DNA of 37,767 nucleotides, from NCBI GenBank assembly GCA_018061585.1, contig JAGOTU010000001.1, positions 1 through 37,767 on the forward strand, in the 5' to 3' direction. This document shows positions 31,197 through 37,767 of this stretch, one piece after another. A program made the translations under genes and the position numbers. How positions within the stretch are numbered: position 1 is the first letter of the stretch; each line of letters begins with the position of its first letter. Source of the stretch: Minisyncoccota bacterium (lineage in GTDB: Bacteria; Patescibacteriota; Minisyncoccia; Phycocordibacterales; UBA2100). The notes under the pieces are model-generated. The model was not told the origin of the DNA. It searched no databases and was given only the letters and a program-made list of their open reading frames with translations.

Positions 31197-33356
31197 ATGC
31201 AACGAAACAGTTACCGGATCGTGACCGCTGTACTTGTGACGTCTGTCATTACCACTCTAGTGTGGCTCATTCTACCGGCAACGCCTGCCGCTGCGCTCGG
31301 TGAGAACAATAGTGAACTGGATATTACATTTATTAGCCAGGGGTATTCGGATTTCGGCATCTTTCATTCGGATGTGCAGCGCTTTACCGAACATCTGCTC
31401 GCGATCGAACCTTTCAAAAGCCGAACTTCCCAGATCACGGTGCGTTCCGTCGACAATACGATAGACCTCATCTGCGGCACTGCGGGTTCCGTACCGGAAT
31501 GTAATCAGGCCAATGCGATCGCGGCGGTCGAGGCGAGTGGCACACCCTACGACAAGATAGTCGTACTGTGGAACAGTCCGCAGAATTCGGGAGGACGTGC
31601 GAAAACAACAGTCGCAACCGTGTATAACGGCGCCGACGGACACAAGACCTTTGTCCACGAGTTCGGTCACCTGCTCGGCCAAATGCGCGATGAATACACT
31701 GCCATACAGGGATCAGGTGCCATGTCCGGCTCATATGAAGGCAACTGCTATATGGGTTTGCCGCCAGCCTCCGCATGGCAGAGCGTGGCGTTGCGTGACT
31801 ACGGTATGGGGTGCATCTTCGCCAACTGGGCGCGGCCCTCGAAGAACAGTATTATGTTCAACCCGTACACCTCGACGTACTTTGACGTTGTGTCTCAGAG
31901 CATGCTCAATCAACAGTTCGACCTCTATGCGGGACCGTACTCTGACACGATTGCGCCGTCCGTAACTATTGTCGACCCTGTCGCGTCGTCGACAGTCTCC
32001 GGAAGAGTCACTATCACGTCGGCGATCTCAGATAACTCTGGCATCGTACGGGCGGAGCTTTGGAAAGACGGCGTTCACTACACGACCGGATACGATGCGC
32101 CCTTCAGCTTTACGTGGGACCCTGCGCTCAATGACCATTCGTCACATACTTTCCAAGTTCGTGCGTACGACGTTGCGGGCAATAGCGGGATCTCGGAGAC
32201 TGTCACAGTGAACATAGACGGCGGTGTGGCCGATACCGAAAAACCGATGGTGTACATGGTATCCCCCGGCAATGGTGCAGTGGTCTACGGCACGAGCAGC
32301 ATACAGCTCTACGTGACCGACAATTCAGAATCCTTGGGGACAGCGTACTTCTATGTCGATGGATCTCTGGTCGGCACCGATACCACCGCACCGTTTACCT
32401 TTAGCTGGGCGACGACGAATTACGCACAAGGATCGCACATGCTGCACGCATTCGCATATGATCTGGCCGGCAACTATGGGGTCACATCTCCCGTGACAGT
32501 GACAGTGGATAATGTCGCTCCGACTATCACGCTCACAAACCCGGTGAACGGCGCCGTGCTTTCGGGAACTACCACAATGCAGGCCGTCGCGTCAGACGAT
32601 CCCGGTCCGCTCTCGCGAGTTGAATTCGTACTCGATGGAAATGGTGTCGCCATCGATACGATCGCCCCGTATGAATTCCAATGGGATACCAAGACAGTGC
32701 TGAACGGTCAACATACGCTGTTCGCGCGAGCGTACGATGCTGCGCGATACACCGACACCGCTCTCGTGACCGTGACCGTACAGAACAATCCGCCTGATAC
32801 AACGAATCCAACGGTCTCGATCTCGTCCCCGACGCAAGGCGCAACGATCCAGGGCACATCGACCGTGACAGTCGCCGCGAGCGACAATATAGCCGTCACC
32901 AAGGTAGAGCTCTATCGAGACGGCGTACTGAGCGATACGGATCTCTCGTCGCCGTTCAGTTTCTTGTGGGATACAAAAACTGTGATGAACGGCGTTCATT
33001 CACTTGTCGCCAAGGCGTTCGACGCTGCCGGCAATACTGCTTCGAGCACCTCTCGCTCGGTAACGGTAAGTAATCCCGACACCACCCCGCCCTCCGTTAC
33101 CATAAGCGCGCCCCTGAACGGCGCGACCGTGCCGAGGCGCACGAATGTGACGATCCAAGCGACAGCGTCGGACAACGTCGCCATACAAAAAGTGCAGTTC
33201 TACGTCGGAACGACGCTCAAATGCACCGACACGACGCTACCGTATTCATGCGTGTGGAAAACGCCGTCGACCCAAGGCGCGCAAACGCTCAAGGCTACTG
33301 CAACTGATACATCCAACAATACAAAAACGACGCAGATCTCTGTGAACGTCAATTAG
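31197..33356 (+). CDS. Secreted M64-like zinc metallopeptidase fused to five tandem Ig-like domains
   Basis: A signal or anchor is present (IVTAVLVTSVITTLVWLILPATPAAA). The HEFGHLLGQMRDEY motif (HEFGH at 31656-31670) resembles peptidase M64. From about nt 31950 there are five ~93-aa repeats (PxVxIxxPxxGAxVxG...APFxFxWDT...GxHxLxAxAxDxAGN). The ORF-track N-terminus (30900-31196) just reads through the tRNA. Confidence 0.7.
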   Translation: MQRNSYRIVTAVLVTSVITTLVWLILPATPAAALGENNSELDITFISQGYSDFGIFHSDVQRFTEHLLAIEPFKSRTSQITVRSVDNTIDLICGTAGSVPECNQANAIAAVEASGTPYDKIVVLWNSPQNSGGRAKTTVATVYNGADGHKTFVHEFGHLLGQMRDEYTAIQGSGAMSGSYEGNCYMGLPPASAWQSVALRDYGMGCIFANWARPSKNSIMFNPYTSTYFDVVSQSMLNQQFDLYAGPYSDTIAPSVTIVDPVASSTVSGRVTITSAISDNSGIVRAELWKDGVHYTTGYDAPFSFTWDPALNDHSSHTFQVRAYDVAGNSGISETVTVNIDGGVADTEKPMVYMVSPGNGAVVYGTSSIQLYVTDNSESLGTAYFYVDGSLVGTDTTAPFTFSWATTNYAQGSHMLHAFAYDLAGNYGVTSPVTVTVDNVAPTITLTNPVNGAVLSGTTTMQAVASDDPGPLSRVEFVLDGNGVAIDTIAPYEFQWDTKTVLNGQHTLFARAYDAARYTDTALVTVTVQNNPPDTTNPTVSISSPTQGATIQGTSTVTVAASDNIAVTKVELYRDGVLSDTDLSSPFSFLWDTKTVMNGVHSLVAKAFDAAGNTASSTSRSVTVSNPDTTPPSVTISAPLNGATVPRRTNVTIQATASDNVAIQKVQFYVGTTLKCTDTTLPYSCVWKTPSTQGAQTLKATATDTSNNTKTTQISVNVN

Positions 33357-33366
33357 CGTAGGGCGA

Positions 33367-33870
33367 TCAGATCGCCTGCGGATCCTCTATGGTCGGTGGC
33401 GTTGCCAAGCACTGACTTAGTCTGTCGGACTGGGTCCATCCGCACTTGCCGTCGGCCTGAACCTCACACGACGCTTCCCGGTAGCATGCATACTCGGGTC
33501 GGAATTCACATGTGGATACCCCGCCGCCTGCGGCAGCCTCTTCTGCAGATATGCAGAGCTGCATAGAGCATCCGGAGATCGCGCAACCATTCGCCACAAT
33601 ACCTGTTTGCGGAGGCGGCATCTGAACCGACTGTGTGTCATTGGAAAATGTGCGGCCATCAGGTGTCGCACACTGCTCGGGATACGACTCCATGATCGGA
33701 TACCCCGCCTCTTTGCATTCCTGGAAGGTGGCTATGGCGTACATCCTTTGTTGGCTCGCGATGTTCGAAAGTGACAGCAGAAGCCCTGCTATAAGAGCGA
33801 GCACGACCGCAACGCCGATAAGAGTCGCTATGCTTGACTGTTTTTTAGTGGCTTCGTTTTCCATGCTCAT
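33367..33870 (-). CDS. Membrane-anchored protein with C-terminal eight-cysteine domain
   Basis: It has a transmembrane segment (IATLIGVAVVLALIAGLLLSL). A Cys pair occurs in FQECKEAGYPIMESYPEQC. Eight further Cys lie in GCAISGCSMQLC...STCEF..YACY..ASCE..GKCGW...SQC. The start could be the second ATG (33864). Confidence 0.6.
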   Translation of the reverse strand: MSMENEATKKQSSIATLIGVAVVLALIAGLLLSLSNIASQQRMYAIATFQECKEAGYPIMESYPEQCATPDGRTFSNDTQSVQMPPPQTGIVANGCAISGCSMQLCISAEEAAAGGGVSTCEFRPEYACYREASCEVQADGKCGWTQSDRLSQCLATPPTIEDPQAI

Positions 33871-33909
33871 ATTGTATCAAACGCATACAGTGACATGTAC
33901 TTACATCTA

Positions 33910-34065
33910 TCGGGCCGCCGGGGAGCGGCGTGACTCACTAAACTCGCAAGCTCGTTAAGTGGTCACTGCCCTGGCTCGCGGTCGCTGCGCGACATCGCTC
34001 CGCCTTTCGATCCCCGACGCATAGCACGCAGGTGCTATGCTTCGACGTCATTCACTTCGTTCATG
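33910..34065 (-). other. tRNA-Pro(GGG) trailer module: inverted T-arm copy + direct copy of the tRNA 3' end
   Basis: TCGGGCCGCCGGGGA (33910-33924) is identical to 34066-34080, the last 15 nt of the tRNA. The 16-mer CGGCGTGACTCACTAA lies at 33926-33941. An inverted T-loop/T-stem TTCGATCCCCG lies at 34006-34016. There is no ORF. Confidence 0.6.
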
Positions 34066-34136
34066 TCGGGCCGCCGGGGATCGAACCCGGTCTACATGAC
34101 CCCCAGCCATGCGTACTACCGGTATACTACGGCCCG
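34066..34136 (-). tRNA. tRNA-Pro (anticodon GGG)
   Basis: Hand-folded: acceptor CGGGCCG/CGGCCCG, D-stem GTAT/GTAC, anticodon stem CATGG/TCATG with loop CTGGGGG, and T-arm CCGGG-TTCGATC-CCCGG. No CCA is encoded. Confidence 0.8.
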
Positions 34137-34221
34137 TAGTGAGCAGTAATATTAAAGCTTGCTTCAATATTATGCGAATGCCCGGGCCGCACGAATGTTG
34201 GGCCCGTTTGGCGACAAGATA

Positions 34222-34234
34222 TTTTGTCGGGCTG
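34222..34234 (-). repeat. Direct copy of the 3' acceptor strand + trailer of tRNA-Pro(CGG)
   Basis: TTTTGTCGGGCTG (34222-34234) is identical to 34298-34310. It lies 76 nt downstream of the tRNA end, in the Pro-Pro spacer. Confidence 0.5.
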
Positions 34235-34302
34235 ATTGGGTGAGGAGCGAGTTTGCGTAGCTCCGCAAGACCCGTCTACACGCTTGCAATGAAATCTTTT
34301 TG

Positions 34303-34373
34303 TCGGGCTGCTGGGAATCGAACCCAGTCTACACGCACCCGAAGCGTGCGTACTACCGGTATACTACAGCCCG
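34303..34373 (-). tRNA. tRNA-Pro (anticodon CGG)
   Basis: Hand-folded: acceptor CGGGCTG/CAGCCCG, anticodon stem CACGC/GCGTG with loop TTCGGGT, and T-arm CTGGG-TTCGATT-CCCAG. Confidence 0.8.
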
Positions 34374-34473
34374 GCAAAAAGACTCCATGCAATGCTTTGC
34401 CGACTTGCCCGGCAAAAAACCTCATCGCTCGAGTATCCTAACAAAGAAAATAACGGTTGAAAAATAACGAGTG

Positions 34474-34547
34474 TGCACCATTCAGGATTCGAACCTGAGA
34501 CCTTTCGAATGTGAATCGAACGCTCTAACCAACTGAGCTAATGGTGC
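34474..34547 (-). tRNA. tRNA-Val (anticodon CAC)
   Basis: Hand-folded: acceptor GCACCAT/ATGGTGC, D-arm GCTC-AGTTGGTTA-GAGC, anticodon loop TTCACAT, and T-arm TCAGG-TTCGAAT-CCTGA. Confidence 0.85.
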
Positions 34548-34642
34548 GTTCGGAGAATAATACTGTATGCGTCCCCCAGCGCAAAAGTCAGCGTTTCGCT
34601 TGACCTTGACTTTATACTGATAGTGTGGCTATATAGCGTTCT

Positions 34643-35125
34643 ATGGTAATCGTACCCACCTGGATGCGCGTTGCGCTGGCCTCGGGCATTTGCTTTGCCG
34701 CAGGTGCTATTTCTGCGCTATATATGACACCCCAGTCTCTCGGCTGGTTCGACTCTTTGGATCGCCCGGTCTTCTTTGCGATGCCGCTACCGGTCATCTT
34801 TTTCGTCCTTGTAGTTTCCTACGCACTCATGTCATTGGCATCGAGTCTTATGTGGATACATGATCCGAAACCGTGGGACTTCCGCGGGTGGATGCCTCTC
34901 TTTTTTACGCACCTATTAATGCAGATGGGGTGGCTCATCCTATTGTTCGCCTACAATGTCGTATTCTTGTCGATGCTCATCGCATTTGTGCTTGCCACAT
35001 ACGTATTCATCCTTACTGCCGCGGCCTGGCAGCGACACAAGATCGCCTTCTGGCTTTTGCTCGCATACCTAGCCTGGACGCTGTACGCGCTCGGCATGAA
35101 TATCGCGATCTGGACGTTGAACTAA
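34643..35125 (+). CDS. tspO: TspO/MBR-family (tryptophan-rich sensory protein-like) membrane protein
   Basis: The 160-aa product has 5 hydrophobic spans. The motif WFDSLDRPVFF...YALMSLA resembles the TspO pattern WY..L.KP.w.PP...Y..M..A. Confidence 0.55.
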   Translation: MVIVPTWMRVALASGICFAAGAISALYMTPQSLGWFDSLDRPVFFAMPLPVIFFVLVVSYALMSLASSLMWIHDPKPWDFRGWMPLFFTHLLMQMGWLILLFAYNVVFLSMLIAFVLATYVFILTAAAWQRHKIAFWLLLAYLAWTLYALGMNIAIWTLN

Positions 35126-35131
35126 ACTACA

Positions 35132-35338
35132 TGTGGACCTGGGGGGAATCGGCGTGACTCACTAAGCGGCGAAAGGAATCGGTCAAGCGCTCGGTTTTGC
35201 GTCGTCACGCAATACCTCCGCCTGACCACGCTCGGGCATCCCCATCTACTGATGGGTCCCCAGCCCTCGCCTTCGATTCCCCCAAACCCCTACAAAAATA
35301 TAGTCGCCCACCGCTTCGCGATGTCCTCGTTATTTTTG
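35132..35338 (-). other. tRNA-Ala(CGC) trailer module: inverted T-arm copy + direct copy of the tRNA 3' end
   Basis: TGTGGACCTGGGGGGAATCG (35132-35151) is identical to 35337-35356. The 16-mer CGGCGTGACTCACTAA lies at 35150-35165. An inverted T-loop/T-stem TTCGATTCCCCC lies at 35272-35283. There is no credible ORF. Confidence 0.6.
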
Positions 35339-35409
35339 TGGACCTGGGGGGAATCGAACCCCCGCCTCCGCAATGCGAATGCGGTGTAATACCACTTTAC
35401 TACAGGCCC
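35339..35409 (-). tRNA. tRNA-Ala (anticodon CGC)
   Basis: Hand-folded: acceptor GGGCCTG/CAGGTCC with G3:U70, D-arm GTAA-AGTGGTA-TTAC, anticodon stem CCGCA/TGCGG with loop TTCGCAT, and T-arm GGGGG-TTCGATT-CCCCC. Confidence 0.85.
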
Positions 35410-35436
35410 TTGGTGGAAAATTTTATACCACCAATG

Positions 35437-35469
35437 CTAAAAAGAAAACTCCGCTTTCGCGGAGTTTTC
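35437..35469 (-). terminator. Intrinsic terminator of greA
   Basis: On the minus strand, the hairpin GAAAACTCCGC-TTTC-GCGGAGTTTTC is followed by TTTTTAG. Confidence 0.8.
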
Positions 35470-35483
35470 TTTCACTTGATCAG

Positions 35484-35951
35484 CTATTTTATATTGACGA
35501 TCTTGTACTTCTGCTGGCCTTTGGGGGTCTCAAAAGTGAATGTGTCCCCTTTCTTCTTTTCCATAAGCGCGCTTCCGAGCGGTGAGAGGTGCGAGATCTT
35601 TCGCTCCTGCATATTTGCTTCCGCCGAACCCACGATCTCGTAGGTATGCTCGTCCTTTTCGCCCTGTTTCTGGATGGTGACGAAGTTACCGAGAGAAACC
35701 GTGTTGCCTTTGGTGTGCTCGATGATGCGTGCGTGCGATAGCTGTTCCTCGATCACGCGAATGCGATCTTCGGTCGCAGCCTGCAGATTGCGGGCCTCCT
35801 CGTATTCGGCGTTCTCAGAAAGATCGCCAAGCGAACGGGCGTATTCCAACTGCTCCGCGATCTCGCGGCGTCGGACGGTCTTAAGATGTTCCAGCTCAGT
35901 CGTCAGTTCGTCGAACTTCTCCTTGCTCAAATAGTTTGTTTCGTCTGCCAT
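35484..35951 (-). CDS. greA: Transcription elongation factor GreA
   Basis: It has an N-terminal coiled coil (LEHLKTVRRREIAEQLEYARSLGDLSENAEYEEA) and a C-terminal FKBP-like domain. I trimmed the start to the ATG at 35951 (155 aa). Confidence 0.9.
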   Translation of the reverse strand: MADETNYLSKEKFDELTTELEHLKTVRRREIAEQLEYARSLGDLSENAEYEEARNLQAATEDRIRVIEEQLSHARIIEHTKGNTVSLGNFVTIQKQGEKDEHTYEIVGSAEANMQERKISHLSPLGSALMEKKKGDTFTFETPKGQQKYKIVNIK

Positions 35952-36016
35952 ATATTGGATTGCGCGCATTATACAGTAGAACCCGTCACCCACAATGTGG
36001 GAAACTTTTTGCACCC

Positions 36017-37735
36017 TTAGTCAATGTACTCCGGATGCTCCCGTACGAGCCAATAAAAGAACGGCTGCAGGCCCGGTGCAGCACCGGAATTCGTACCGGC
36101 CGGTGCCTTTTCGAGCACAACAGCGTATGCATATTTCGGATTATCTGCCGGCCAGTACCCTACAGACCACGAGTTCATGTACTCGTTATTCGACCCGAGC
36201 TGTGCAGTGCCGGTCTTTGCAGCGATCTTGATACCCGCAATATTGAGCGACTTCACCGTGGCATCGTGTCTGTCAGAAACGACTGCCATGCGCATTCCTT
36301 CCCGGGCGACCTTAAAGTAGGCCTCGGGAATGTCGATCTTACGGAATTCCGGCGTCGACGATGCGATGAGTTGCGGCTTTAAAAGCTTGCCGCTGTTGGC
36401 GATCGCGGCCGTGAATCGCACGGCTTGCAGCGGAGTGATCTGGAATCCGAACTGACCGATCGATGTATGGTATGTGTTTCCGATACGCCACGGATCATCC
36501 GCGCCGAATATCTTTTCCTTCCACTCAGGAGTAGGAATGATCCCCTCGACCTCCCCCTTTAGGTCGATACCTGTTCGCTCCGACATTCCAAAGAGTCTTG
36601 AGTACTCATCGATCTTGGATATCCCAAGACCCTTTTGTCCGGCGAATCCTCCGCCGATCGTATAAAAATACTCGTCGGACGATACGGCAATGGCAGTACG
36701 CATATCCACCCATCCGTGAACGGTCCAGTCACGGAAGATCGACGGCTGATCCGGATTATACGGATTCGGTAGGACGATCTGGCCGGTCGAGAGAATGCTC
36801 TTCTCCGGCGAAATAATACCCTCCTGTAAAGCGGCGATGGCAAAGACAGGTTTTACGATAGACCCCGGGGTGTACAAGCCACCCACCGCTCGATTGAGCA
36901 TCGGGGAACGCGCGCTCTGTGACACGGACCGAACGATCTCATTATTACCGTCGGTGAATGCCTGGTTGTCGTATTCCGGAAAGCTTGTGAGCGCGAGCAG
37001 CTCCCCCGTACGAACGTCCATAATGACCGCTGCCCCGCCCTTGAATCCCATTTTTTCTGCATGCGCTGCCAAAATAGTATTCAACTGACTCTGCACATCT
37101 GAATCGATGGAAAGATACAAATTTTCACCCTGAACAGCGGGAGAAACGATGTTTTCTCGTTCAATTTTGCCGAGCGCATCGGATTCGATCATGCGGCTAC
37201 CATTCGTACCCGCCAGACGATCATCGTACGCGAGCTCAAGCCCTGACACTCCGGAATAGTCTTCTCGCCACCACTGACCACGCGCATCGGCTTTCGGATA
37301 CTGCACAAAGCCAAGTACGTGCGACATACCGGGGCGTGTCGTGTACTTGCGAAGCGCATATGTTGAGCCTTCTTTGACAGCCTCGTGCGGAGTCTCGGTC
37401 GACGATGCATTCGTCGCCGTGATCCCATCCCGGAGTGACTCCGTCGAAGTCGATACGTCTAGTGCGTTCTCGTTCCACGCGAGCTCCCTGCCCGTACGGT
37501 CGTACACGATGCCGCGGGTCGCGAATATCACTGATCGCGACAGTGTATTGTTGACCGAAATATTCTGGTACGTTGCACCCTGTGCTACTTGCAGCGAAAA
37601 AGCGCGGTACCCGAAACCGAGAGAGACCAACACAAAGACCGCACCCACAGCGAATATCGCGCGATTGGCTACCGGACGCTCAACTCTCCCCTCGAACGAG
37701 GCCGCGTTGAACTCCGGAAGATTCGAAGAATCCAA
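36017..37735 (-). CDS. mrdA: Class B penicillin-binding protein 2-like transpeptidase; the 5' end may extend beyond the window
   Basis: It has a transmembrane segment, a PBP dimerisation domain and a transpeptidase domain (RGIVYDRTGRELAWN...). The ORF-track start is a TTG at 37735. The frame stays open to the window edge (37765), so the true start is unresolved. Confidence 0.7.
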   Translation of the reverse strand: MDSSNLPEFNAASFEGRVERPVANRAIFAVGAVFVLVSLGFGYRAFSLQVAQGATYQNISVNNTLSRSVIFATRGIVYDRTGRELAWNENALDVSTSTESLRDGITATNASSTETPHEAVKEGSTYALRKYTTRPGMSHVLGFVQYPKADARGQWWREDYSGVSGLELAYDDRLAGTNGSRMIESDALGKIERENIVSPAVQGENLYLSIDSDVQSQLNTILAAHAEKMGFKGGAAVIMDVRTGELLALTSFPEYDNQAFTDGNNEIVRSVSQSARSPMLNRAVGGLYTPGSIVKPVFAIAALQEGIISPEKSILSTGQIVLPNPYNPDQPSIFRDWTVHGWVDMRTAIAVSSDEYFYTIGGGFAGQKGLGISKIDEYSRLFGMSERTGIDLKGEVEGIIPTPEWKEKIFGADDPWRIGNTYHTSIGQFGFQITPLQAVRFTAAIANSGKLLKPQLIASSTPEFRKIDIPEAYFKVAREGMRMAVVSDRHDATVKSLNIAGIKIAAKTGTAQLGSNNEYMNSWSVGYWPADNPKYAYAVVLEKAPAGTNSGAAPGLQPFFYWLVREHPEYID

Positions 37736-37767
37736 AAAGATCTCTTCGGGCGCGATCTCGTGGATCG

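Noticed and set aside
34560-34642. Divergent promoters between tRNA-Val and tspO. On the minus strand: TTGCGC-N16-TATTAT before the tRNA. On the plus strand: TTGACT-N17-CTATAT only 8 nt before the tspO ATG.
   Set aside because: The matches are plausible, but each rests on a single hexamer pair read by eye, with alternatives nearby. I did not list them as features.
35132-35338. tRNA-Ala-like 3' fragment (G3:U70-type acceptor strand) downstream of tRNA-Ala(CGC), considered as a tmRNA gene piece, or as a split or permuted tRNA half.
   Set aside because: No 5' acceptor strand, intact T-arm, resume codon or tag ORF could be found. The analogous modules use tRNA-Pro and tRNA-Glu ends, which does not fit tmRNA.

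Overview
This 37.8-kb window is gene-dense. I call 41 protein genes (35 on the minus strand) and 6 tRNA genes. There is no rRNA, CRISPR array, transposase or integrase. TGA is used as a normal stop codon.

Recognisable content:
- A short division/cell-wall block: mraZ-rsmH-ftsL-like-ftsI, then murF.
- A second class-B PBP (mrdA-like) next to greA.
- dapD.
- guaA beside a stand-alone IMP-cyclohydrolase domain of PurH and a 2OG-Fe(II) oxygenase.
- A MASE1 hybrid histidine kinase.
- An ArsR-family regulator.
- Several envelope or secreted proteins: an M64-like metallopeptidase with 5 Ig-like repeats, a lysyl-oxidase-like protein plus a PQQ-type sugar dehydrogenase, a DKNYY protein and an eight-cysteine protein.
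- Many unknowns.

Several families together suggest a Patescibacteria/CPR (Parcubacteria-like) genome of moderately high GC: the CxxC-x17-CxxC RGG protein, DKNYY, a DUF4153/DUF4173-like membrane protein, a short-form MurF, and tRNA genes without encoded CCA. This is inference only; I did not compute GC.

The most unusual signals are non-coding:
1. A 35-bp dyad-symmetric element recurs in 4 good and 2 decayed copies. It reads as a promoter-operator, and one copy abuts the arsR-like start codon.
2. Four of the six tRNA genes are followed by short gene-free modules that repeat the 3' end of that same tRNA. Two of these modules (tRNA-Pro-GGG and tRNA-Ala-CGC) share internal sequence and fold.
3. 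A double-hairpin repeat is shared between the tRNA-Glu trailer and a very structured ftsI-murF spacer.

All coordinates were derived by hand from the sequence and cross-checked against ORF-track arithmetic where possible. Non-ORF features may be off by 1-2 nt.
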